A stretch of 63,806 nt of DNA, counting the filler, from Octopus bimaculoides (taxonomy: Eukaryota): NCBI RefSeq assembly GCF_001194135.2. It is 7 parts of 6 records of this genome, joined end to end, with 100 filler letters (N's around TTAATTAATTAA, not from the genome) between each part and the next. Parts side by side here need not be neighbours in the genome. Positions count along the whole stretch, not along the records: positions 35,850 to 50,525 come from NC_069010.1; 6 more parts are not named here. One strand, given 5' to 3'. The position numbers were made by a program, and so were the translations under genes. Below, one piece after another: positions 37,443 to 47,553 of the stretch; the stretch's first letter is position 1, and each line of letters opens with the position of its first letter. A model generated the notes under the pieces. It ran no database searches, was not told the origin of the DNA, and saw only the letters and a list, made by a program, of their open reading frames with translations.

Positions 37443-37833
37443 TCCCGTGTTGGTGGCACGTAAAAAGCACCATCCAAACATGGTCAATGCCAGTGCCCCA
37501 CTACTGGCTCCCGTACTTGGTGGCACATAAAAAAACACACCATCCAAACGTGGTTGATGCCAGTGGCCCCCCCCCTACTGGCTCCCATGCTGGTGGCACA
37601 TAAAAAGCACCATCTCAACGTGATCGATGCCAGAACCACCTGACTGGCCCTCATACCAGTGGCACCTAAAAACCACCCTCTACACTCTCAGAGTGGTTGG
37701 CATTAGGAAGGGCATCCAGCTGTAGAAACATTGCCAGATCACATTGGAGCCTGGTGCAGCCTCCTGGCTTGCCAGACCTCAGTCAAACCGTCCAACCCAT
37801 GCCAGCATGGAAAACGGACGTTAAACGATGATG
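37443..37833 (+). mobile_element. Family N SINE with an internal 65-70 bp tandem array
   Basis: About 3.5 units of TCCCGTG..GGTGGCACRTAAAAAGCACC..GCCAGT..ACTGGC, then the Nin/Deu-like motif and tail. Confidence 0.8.
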
Positions 37834-37840
37834 GTGAGGT

Positions 37841-38195
37841 GCAGGCATGGCTGTGGATAAGAAGTTTGCTTCCCAACCACATGATTCTGGGCTCAATCTC
37901 ACTGTGACACCTTGTACGACTGCCTTCCACTCTGGGCTCAGGTCAACCAAAGCCCTGTGAGAGGATTTGGTGCATATGTGTGTGTGTGGGGGGGGTCTCT
38001 ATGCCGCAATGCAACTGATGTTGGTTTGTTTACATCCTCATAACATTAGAAGTTCAGCAAGAGTGACTGATAAAATAAATACCAGACTTAAAGAACAAAA
38101 AGAATGTACTGTGGTCAGTTTGTTTTGACAAAAGCTCTTCGAAGTTGTGCCCCAGCATGGCTGTGGTCTAAAAACTCAAGCAAATAAAAGATAAG
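37841..38195 (+). mobile_element. Degenerate family C SINE
   Basis: Head, internal TG tract and tail are recognisable. Confidence 0.65.
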
Positions 38196-38452
38196 GACAA
38201 AAACAAAACAAAAAACACAACAAAAACTGTGTCCATGACTACCAAGAGCAGAAAGAAAAGCACTACTACCAGTTACATTATGACATGACGAACGTGGAAC
38301 GCTATAGTCAAATACCGCCACCCCCTTCGCGAGCGTGTGTGTGTGTGTGTGACTAAGACTCAAATATTTCAATTTGCGGAAATAATCCTGTTTGACAACA
38401 TTAATTAATCGAGTTAGTTCCCCATTCAGTCATTCAGTGAGTCACCTTCTAA

Positions 38453-39137
38453 GGATCTATTTTAAAACGGGGGCCACATTTTTCATTAATGTTTTACGTA
38501 GTGTTTTTGGTACGGAAAGACTTTCAAACTTCGTATACTTATCTATTTTGTGTTATAGAACAGAAAAATATTTTTGTATTCGAATTTATTTCATGTAAAA
38601 AATTGTCTTATTTCGATAATTTCAACCAATCACTGACAAGTATTCAGTTGTTTATATTTACTCCTTTGGCTGATTAAGCCATAGCTTCGTTTTATTTGCT
38701 TTTTTCATTTTCTTTTTTTTTTCTTCGTTTTATTTGCTTTTTTCGTTTTAAATTTGCTGTTTTACCCTAANNNNNNNNNNNNNNNNNNNNNNNNNNNNNN
38801 NNNNNNNNNNNNNNNNNNNNNNNNNNNNNNNNNNNNNNNNNNNNNNNNNNNNNNNNNNNNNNNNNNNNNNNNNNNNNNNNNNNNNNNNNNNNNNNNNAAT
38901 TGTTTCAGAATCGTTTGTTTATGTAGTCGGCACTTAATGTATATCGGCTGAATGGACGTCAGTGATTGGTTGAAATTACAGAAATACGACAACTTTAACA
39001 TGGAATAACTTAGGGATTTCTTTTTTTTTTAAGAAGACTAAGAGAAAAAGATGTTTTATATGACACATTCTACCAGTGTCCCAAGTTTCAAAGTGTTTCG
39101 TTAATGAAAAATGTGGCCCCCGTTTTAAAAAAGATCC
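38453..39137. mobile_element. MITE-like element with about 190-bp inverted arms and CCCTAA at the central gap
   Basis: TIR GGATCT(A/T)TTTTAAAACGGGGGCCACATTTTTCATTAA at both ends. The right end is duplicated at about 39250-39327. Confidence 0.75.
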
Positions 39138-39632
39138 AAAAAAACTTTGCTGATTCAGGTGTCGAACAAAATGCTTTGTAATCTTTGTTCCAGCTCTTTA
39201 AGTTCTAATTTTAAATCTAGCTGATTCAGGTGTGAATATCCATTGTAGTCAGGACATTCTACCAGTGTTCCAAGTTTCAAAGTGTTTCGTTAATGAAAAA
39301 TGTGGCCCCCGTTTTAAAAAAAGATCCCCTTCTTCTACTAAGACCTTGATCCGACCAAACATTTGTGGATGTGAAGTATACGTACACCCGGTGTTTAGGG
39401 TTTAGGGCTAGGCTGAGAACGGGTGGGTACTTCTTGGTTATCTCAGCCCCCACCATTAAAAAATTGGGTTATTTATCCTCCCCACTAAAATATCGATTTT
39501 ATGTGGCGACGAGATTGGATTAAAAGAGGTAGATCTTTTTGATTGAGTACTTCAACACATTTGTTGACTTTTGGCCTCCTAAATAGGCATTGCGTGAATT
39601 GTTATAAAAATGTTATTAGATATTCAATACAA

Positions 39633-39838
39633 TACTCTTTTACTCTTTTACTCTTTTACTTGTTTCAGTCATTTGACTGCGGCCATGCTGGAGCACCGCC
39701 TTTAGTCGAGCAAATCGACCCCAGGACTTATTCTTTGTAAGCCTAGTACTTATTCTATCGGTCTCTTTTGCCGAACAGTTACGGGGACGTAAACACACCA
39801 GCATCGGTTGTCAAGCGATGTTGGGGGAACAAACACAG

Positions 39839-39871
<33 letters not shown>

Positions 39872-40040
39872 CATATATATATACGACAGTCTTCTTTCAG
39901 TTTCCGTCTACCAAATCCACTCACGAGGCTTTGGTCGGCCCGAGGCTATAGTAGAAGACACTTGCCCAAGGTGCCACGCAGTGGGACTGAACCCAGAACC
40001 ATGTGGTTGGTAAGCAAGCTACTTGCCACACAGCCACTCC
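39633..40040 (-). mobile_element. Full-length family C SINE
   Basis: Near-identical to 8029-8485 in reverse; (AAAAGAGT)n tail. Confidence 0.9.
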
Positions 40041-40675
40041 TTTTTTTTTTTTTTTTTGTTTCGTTTCATTGAGGGTTAAACATTTTTTTTTTAGTTGAGG
40101 GAGGTGAGATAACTAGAAAGTACCAACTGGTGGTGTACGAATTCTTTACCTCCAGCATATATATAATCTTAAAATAAATAAATAAATAAATAAATAAGCG
40201 CAAACCTTGTAAATACAGCTACTTCGGGCTTTCCTGGTCAATATAAGTTATTCTGCTATTTATCAAGCTGTAAGTTAGGCCGCTTTCCAGTCGTTTTCTG
40301 TGTTGGTAACGTTTTAAAAAGAACCGCTTGTAAAGAAGATAAACAAGACGAAGCACAAGGGAGATAACCTACGTTACGATTCCATGTCGAACAGACACAA
40401 ACCAGACGTTAATGGTTTACTGTGTTCGGTGGTCTAGTTTTAAATTCCGATAAGACATATTTCTTGAAATGCGGATATACAGGGGAAAAAAACTTGTTCT
40501 TCGAGGAGCAAGATTTTTTTTTCTTTCTTTCTGTATATCCGCAGATCTGCATAACTGTTCACTTGCAATGGGTTAGGGTCTGTGCATGTCACCAGCTTCC
40601 CATCATCATAGGTCCTTCAGGAATCGGATGACAAACGAAGCCTACATAATGAGACATTTGTTTGCCATTGGATTA

Positions 40676-40918
40676 TGGGGATAAAAAAAATAAATAAAAA
40701 TATTCAAGGGATGTAACTGAACGTCTTACCAGTATTATCCGTTTTCTTCTAGCTGTTTATAAATAAATCACACCCTAACCCTAATCCTAACCCTAACTCT
40801 AACCCTAACGTCAATCAAATCACGTGTGTGATTTATTTATAAACAGAGATGTACGGAGAATACTGGTAAGACGTTCAGTTACTTCCCTTGAATATTTTTA
40901 TTTATTTTTTTTCCCCCC
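40676..40918. mobile_element. MITE with long TIRs and a (CCCTAA)6 core
   Basis: About 65-bp outer TIRs GGGG..AAAAAATAAATAAAAATATTCAAGGG..CGTCTTACCAGTATT and an inner IR CTGTTTATAAATAAATCACAC. Telomeric units at 40773-40808. Confidence 0.8.
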
Positions 40919-41704
40919 TAAACTTGAAGATTACCGAGATAAGTACTTCAAAATGAACGCTCTCCAAGTGTCCATAGTTAACAACCTGTGATATATGTAC
41001 ATGAGTATGTGTATGTCTGTAGATATATATATATATATATATGTGTGTCGATAGCCAGCTGGAGGAGATGTCCTCCTGGGGCTAAAAGCAACAGTAACAT
41101 CCACCCCTTGGGGTCAGCCACATTTAAGTGGCAAATATACTTCACTTTATCGTGCAGTTACTGTTAATACCTCGTTCAGAGATTTAACATTGCTTATATA
41201 TATNNNNNNNNNNNNNNNNNNNNNNNNNNNNNNNNNNNNNNNNNNNNNNNNNNNNNNNNNNNNNNNNNNNNNNNNNNNNNNNNNNNNNNNNNNNNNNNNN
41301 NNNNNNNNNNNNNNNNNNNNNNNNNNNNNNNNNNNNNNNNNNNNNNNNNNNNNNNNNNNNNNNNNNNNNNNNNNNNNNNNNNNNNNNNNNNNNNNNNNNN
41401 NNNNNNNNNNNNNNNNNNNNNNNNNNNNNNNNNNNNNNNNNNNNNNNNNNNNNNNNNNNNNNNNNNNNNNNNNNNNNNNNNNNNNNNNNNNNNNNNNNNN
41501 NNNNNNNNNNNNNNNNNNNNNNNNNNNNNNNNNNNNNNNNNNNNNNNNNNNNNNNNNNNNNNNNNNNNNNNNNNNNNNNNNNNNNNNNNNNNNNNNNNNN
41601 NNNNNNNNNNNNNNNNNNNNNNNNNNNNNNNNNNNNNNNNNNNNNNNNNNNNNNNNNNNNNNNNNNNNNNNNNNNNNNNNNNNNNNNNNNNNNNNNNNNN
41701 NNGA

Positions 41705-42080
41705 TAATAATCCTTTCTACTAAAGACACAAGGTCTGAAATTTTGGTGTGAGGGTAAATAGTTGATTACATTGACCCCCAGTGTTTCATTTGTACTTAAT
41801 TTATCGACCCCGAAAGGATGAAAGGCAAAAATCGACCCTGATGGAATTTGAACTCAGAATATTCTTTTCTACTCTAGGCACAAGGCCCGAAATTTGGGGG
41901 GAAGGGGCCAGTCGATTAGATCGACCCCAGTGTGCAACTGGTACTTACTTTATCAGCCCCGAAAGGATGAAAGGCAAAGTCGACCTTGGCAGAATTTGCA
42001 CTCAGAAAGTTAATTAACTGGGAGAACAGCCACAAAGCATTTTTTGTTCATGCACTAACAATTCTGCTGGTTCATTGCCA
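41705..42080 (-). mobile_element. Two tandem family M SINE copies
   Basis: TTATCGACCCCGAAAGGATGAAAGGCAAA block occurs twice. Confidence 0.7.
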
Positions 42081-42649
42081 TTATAATAACAAATGCACAC
42101 ATGATTTCGTTTTTACCTGTGCATTGTAGTTGAAATTTCCTGACACACCCACTCTCTGACAAAGCCTGACAAAAGTATATTCAAAGGTGTCACTCTTACT
42201 CTTACCATAATCGAGTGTGACGGTCGAGGTACAAAACAGGAAGGTGATGCAATCCACAGTCATTTATTGCTGCATAACTTTAATTTACCATTTTCTGATG
42301 ATTTCCGTTTGTACTTTGATGTGTCATTTTCCACTCGTTGTTCTACGCCCAACGAAACACAGATGGGACGGGGTTTTGCAGTGACTCGTTTTTAGGGAGT
42401 AGGTTTCCAGCTGCTCCCACCCACACGCCAAGAGATATATACATATATACATTTACTTTCATACGCCAACAGCGTGTATATGTACACAAGTTAAGTTATT
42501 CATATCTTCCATATTTTACTTGTTTCAGTCATTCGACTATGGCCATGCTGGGGCAAGTCACCTTCAAGACTTTTTTTTTTAAAGTCTGGTCAAACTGCTA
42601 AGTCTTGGGATGTAAATAAACCAACACTAGTAGTCATGCAGTGGTCCAG

Positions 42650-42870
42650 GATTCACACATGTATGTGTGTGTGTGTATATATATATATATACTTATATAT
42701 ATACACACACACACATATATATGATATATAGATTATATATACATATATACATACACATATATATACATATATATATATATGTATACACATATATACATAT
42801 ACACACACACACACATATATATAATATATATATATATATATATGTATATATATGTGTATGTATATATGTA

Positions 42871-42964
<94 letters not shown>

Positions 42965-43135
42965 ATATATATATATATATGTGTGTATGTATATATGTAT
43001 ATATACATGCATATATATATATATATATACATCCATATATATATATATATATATATTTATGTATATATATTGTTTGGGTATATATATATGAATGTGTGTG
43101 TGGGTGTGTATATATATGTGTGTGTGTGTGTGTTT
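42650..43135. repeat. Compound (TA/CA/TG)n microsatellite at the internal tract of a minus-strand family C SINE
   Basis: SINE 3' half at about 42515-42650 runs directly into the tract. Confidence 0.85.
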
Positions 43136-43160
43136 GCTATTATTTATACTACACCACTCA

Positions 43161-43560
43161 AGGCAATGAGCTGGCAGAGTCGTTAGCATGCTGGACGAAA
43201 TGCTTAGCGGTGTTTTGCCCATTGCTATGTTCAGAGTTCAAATTCCACCAAGGTCAACTTTGCCTTTTCATTCTTTCGGGGGTTGATAAATTAATTAAGT
43301 ACCAGTAANNNNNNNNNNNNNNNNNNNNNNNNNNNNNNNNNNNNNNNNNNNNNNNNNNNNNNNNNNNNNNNNNNNNNNNNNNNNNNNNNNNNNNNNNNNN
43401 NNNNNNNNNNNNNNNNNNNNNNNNNNNNNNNNNNNNNNNNNNNNNNNNNNNNNNNNNNNNNNNNNNNNNNNNNNNNNNNNNNNNNNNNNNNNNNNNNNNN
43501 NNNNNNNNNNNNNNNNNNNNNNAAAAAAAATTTCAGGCCTTGTGCCTATAGTAGAAAGGA
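43161..43560 (+). mobile_element. Family M SINE spanning a gap
   Basis: Head and body before the gap; GGCCTTGTGCCTATAGTAGAAAGG tail after it. Confidence 0.7.
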
Positions 43561-44245
43561 TTTATAACACACCACTCCTGGAACCTTCCCAGTGTTGGAT
43601 GTTGTGCCTACAGTGGACTGTACACTGCATCCTGGAGTAAACCGGAGTATATTCTTGTTTGATTTTGAATGTATTCGGTATATAATGGTCGTCCTCAACT
43701 TACAACCACAATTTGTTCCAACTGACTGGTCATAAGTCGGCCTATAGGCCTACATAGCTTTGTTTATATTTTTACATACTTAAGGTACATTCTCAGGTAG
43801 AAGTCACAATGACCCGTCTTATTTTTGCCTGTCCTTCTAATTGTTGTTTTTCTTGTCCGCCTATGCATCGTCAATCTGTCCGAATGTTTTAATGCCCTCT
43901 ATTGCGTTTTTGTTCCATTTTTATATTTATGGAACATATATATATTTTATATATATATATATACAAAATTAAGAGGAATGACCAACAAAATTGGACTCCT
44001 ATATGCTAGAAATAGATGCCAAATCACCTAACCACGAAGAGTATGTTCTCAAGAAGAAAATTTCAGCAAGACGCCAGACTGTAAAAAGGAGCAAGACAGA
44101 TGAAAATATACGAAATAATTTGGCATCTATTTTTAGCATTTAGGAGTCCACTTTTGGTGGTCATTCCTCTTATTTTTCTATGTAATATAATTTCAATCTT
44201 CGGATTTTTTTTAAATATGCTAGGCCACTGGTTTTAATTGATTAA

Positions 44246-44635
44246 TGTAGTAAGTAGCTTGCTTACCAACCGCATGGTTCCGGGTTCAACCTTAGGAAAG
44301 TGTCTTCTACTATAGCCTCGGGCCAACCAAAGCCTTGTGAGTGGATTTGGTAGATGGAAACTGTAAGAAGCCCGTCGTATATATGTATATATATATATAT
44401 ATGTATGTGTGTATATGTTGTGTATCTGTGTTTATCCCCCCAACATCGCTTGACAACCGATGCTGGTGTGTTTAGGTCCCCGTAACTTAGCGGTTCGGCA
44501 AAAAGAGACCGATAGAATAAGTACTAGGCTTACAAAGAATAAGTCCTGGGGTCGATTTGATTCGACTAAAGGCGGTGCTCCAGCATGGCTGCAGTCAAAT
44601 GACTGAAACAAGTAAAGAAAGTAAAGAAAGAAAGA
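44246..44635 (+). mobile_element. Family C SINE immediately upstream of the IL-17-like gene
   Basis: Near full-length copy with internal TA/TG tract and AAGTAAAGAAAG tail. Confidence 0.85.
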
Positions 44636-44697
44636 ATATATGCACTTCATATTTAAGGCTCTGATGAAGTTATAAGGTGTTATTCAGGCACTTAACT

Positions 44698-44730
44698 ATG
44701 AGTCCACTGCACCATGTAGCTGAAACAACT
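44698..44730 (+). CDS. Candidate first exon of the IL-17-like gene (MSPLHHVAETT)
   Basis: ATG at 44698 and exactly 11 codons before a GTAAGC donor at 44731. A 163-bp intron would join it in phase 0 to ATG 44894. TATA-like words at 44650 and 44670. Confidence 0.4.
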
Positions 44731-44893
44731 GTAAGCTAATGAACTTCATAAGATAAATCATTTATTCCTTTATGATCTCATTTTCTTATAAATCTTGAAT
44801 GTATATAATATATGTAATCAATTATTTCCTAACCCTAAATATTACCAAATAAATTTTTAAATTCTAATGTTCCTTTTTTTTTTTTTTCTTCAG

Positions 44894-45418
44894 ATGCTGG
44901 CATTATCTGCTGTGATTTTGTTCATTTCATCCACCTTCTTGGCATCTGTAGAGGCTTCACCCATACCAGGCCCTGAATGCAAAGAACCAAACATCTTACT
45001 CCACAACTCGGTCGCCTTCGGGACAGCTAGTGGTGAAGCCGCTGCAGGCAATGATGGCGACGGTGATGACGACGAAGATTACAATGACGGGCATTTATCA
45101 GTTGAAGATAGAGCCATATGCCCTTGGAAAATAGTTAAGGTTATAGATGACAGTCGCTACCCTCGCATCTTAAAGACAGTCCATTGCAGAACAAACACAT
45201 GGGACAATGGCACATGTGTTCCAGTCATACACAATTTCACAGTGCTCTATCGTACAGACAAGTGTATGAAGTTGTCTGAAACAAATGAAACTGAAGTGCT
45301 ATATGCTTACAGGCCAGACACCCTTCAACTAGCAGTTGCCTGCACATCTGTACTTAATACTTCCACTGTTGACCAGGGCAATAGTAGTGTTCACAATAAA
45401 CTAATATCCTCACCTTAA
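44894..45418 (+). CDS. IL17: IL-17-like secreted cytokine (cystine-knot family), main coding exon, 174 aa
   Basis: Intact ORF starting just after a polypyrimidine tract and CAG acceptor (AG at 44892-44893). Hydrophobic signal peptide MLALSAVILFISSTFLASVEA, then IL-17 motifs CKEP, RAICPW..DxxRYPxxL..VHC, CVPV...VLYR..C and AVACTSV. Confidence 0.88.
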   Translation: MLALSAVILFISSTFLASVEASPIPGPECKEPNILLHNSVAFGTASGEAAAGNDGDGDDDEDYNDGHLSVEDRAICPWKIVKVIDDSRYPRILKTVHCRTNTWDNGTCVPVIHNFTVLYRTDKCMKLSETNETEVLYAYRPDTLQLAVACTSVLNTSTVDQGNSSVHNKLISSP

Positions 45419-45748
45419 GAGTGATTCACCATTTCTTCTGGATCTGTGTTGGTTGAGAATGGAAATACCAGTCCGTTTTTGTGTGTGCATATGTATATTA
45501 ATCAGAGTGTGCAATATTATGTATCCATTACGGCCAATCTTACCAGTCAGTTTTGCACTAGGTGTTCAACAGAGTCTTTGATAACAGCCTGATTATGTAA
45601 CCCTGCACTCTTCAGAGATGGCAGTTACAGAATGAGATATGGGCGTATCTCATTCCGTAATATATAAAACTGTACACTTCGATTAATATATCCTCTATAT
45701 TGATAAATATACGAGTACATATTTTTTCTGACATGGATTCTTAGGTGG

Positions 45749-45789
<41 letters not shown>

Positions 45790-45810
45790 GTGTGTGTATG
45801 TGTGTGCACG

Positions 45811-45860
<50 letters not shown>

Positions 45861-46087
45861 TATGTATGTATAGAGAGATGGAGAGAGGTGTGTGTTTGTA
45901 TGTAATGTATATAAATGTATGTATAAACATTTTACAGCCCATTTCCATCATAAATATCTTGTTGAATCATACTTTTAATACTCGTAATTAAGCAATGTGT
46001 ATATATACCATAGAGAGACCACTCTCATAGAACACTATGTATGGCTATAATTAACATTTGTACATAGTATATCAAACTGCTAGTGTG

Positions 46088-46332
46088 TAAGGTTGACCAA
46101 AAGTCACCCGACAGTAAATCAAAACCCATTTAATTCCAAGATTAAAACAAAAACTTATTTTATACAAGACTTTGCTGATAAATAGACAAATGTTGAAAAA
46201 AGAAAAAAAAACCGGTGATTTTTAACTCATAACATTCAATTATTAAGCATTCATAATTGGAATGAATAAATAAAATTGAATATTTAGTATTTGAGGAATT
46301 TTGATTTACTGTTGGGTGACTTTTGGCCAACC

Positions 46333-46335
<3 letters not shown>
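46088..46335. mobile_element. Tc1/mariner-type MITE
   Basis: About 37-bp TIRs (CAG/TAA)GGTTG(G/A)CCAAAAGTCACCC(A/G)ACAGTAAATCAAAA; TA on the right. Confidence 0.75.
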
Positions 46336-46367
<32 letters not shown>

Positions 46368-46453
46368 TGTATATACATACATACAAACACTATTTACATA
46401 TAAACTTTTACAAAACACGTAACACTGTGTAGTATAAAATATACATTATATAA

Positions 46454-46730
46454 AATTATTTAAAATTATAATATAGGGTATCTAAGAGATACCGCCACGC
46501 TGAAAAATAGCAGTCAAATCTTGACTCTAAACCACTATAAATGTTCATATAGCACAAAGAGCGAAGACGAAGACAAAATAAACTAGCTAGTTTTTACTAG
46601 TTTATTTTGTCTTCGTCTTCGCTCTTTGTGCTATATGAACATTTTAATGTGGTTTAGAGTCAAGATTTGGCTGCTATTTTCAGCATAGCGGTATCTCTTA
46701 GATACCCCTATATTATAATTTTAAATAATT
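46454..46730. repeat. Long palindrome, about 133-bp arms and a 10-nt spacer
   Basis: Arms align with roughly 8-9 differences. Confidence 0.9.
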
Positions 46731-47553
46731 GTTACCTTTGATAGTTTTTATTCCCATGCTGGCCACTTGATAAAATCAATATTTTAAATATCGATCTTAT
46801 CCTTATTTATATAAATTTATATATATATATATATATATTGTGTATTTTGGTAAATTGAATTTTCAAGTCATAAATACTGTATGAAACAGTAAATAAAAAT
46901 GAAATAATCTTGTAAAAATATAATAAAATTGTCTATTATTTATTGATTTCTGTGCTTATTGATTCATTATTTGATGTTTGACTGATTGGGTTTGGGAAGA
47001 AAGAAAGCTTGAGAATTGAACCTGTGTTATTTAAGTTCTTGTAATAAGCTAGTTTCTTTGGGGTTCCATTAAAGAAACAGACATAACCACAGACATATTC
47101 TCTTACAATTGCTATGTAATGAGTTGAAAGTATTTGATTAATTGTAATTAAAATAGTAATGAACTTTTTACCATTTATACCTGTGGTTTCCAGCCAGGCT
47201 CTATACAGCCCCTAACGATCCATATAACATTCTAATACTAAATTAGTGATCCACAATAGTAGATTAAGGGCAACTATCCTGGATAAAATTTTGCATTGGA
47301 TGTATGGCATAGGTTTGGTTGGCCTGGAGCTTATAGTAGAAGACACTTACCCGAAGGTGCCATGCAGTGGGACTGAACCTGGATTCACATGGATGCAAAG
47401 TGAACTTCTTAACCACCCAGCCATGCCTGTGCTGCTAGCTATACTGATTAGGGCAGAAGAAAACATGTGATTTAGTAGTTACAAGTGCTTGGCTCCCGGT
47501 TATAAGATTGTGAATCCCAAGTTTTGCTCTAGGCAGGATATTGTATCCTTGAT

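Noticed and set aside
37443-37680. CRISPR-like array
   Set aside because: Eukaryotic context, no unique spacers; it is a SINE-internal minisatellite.
43578-43592. NF-kB site upstream of IL-17 (GGAACCTTCCC)
   Set aside because: Does not fit GGGRNWYYCC on either strand.
44867-44893. N-terminal MFLFFFFLQ of the tracked ORF
   Set aside because: It is the intron polypyrimidine tract and acceptor, not coding sequence.
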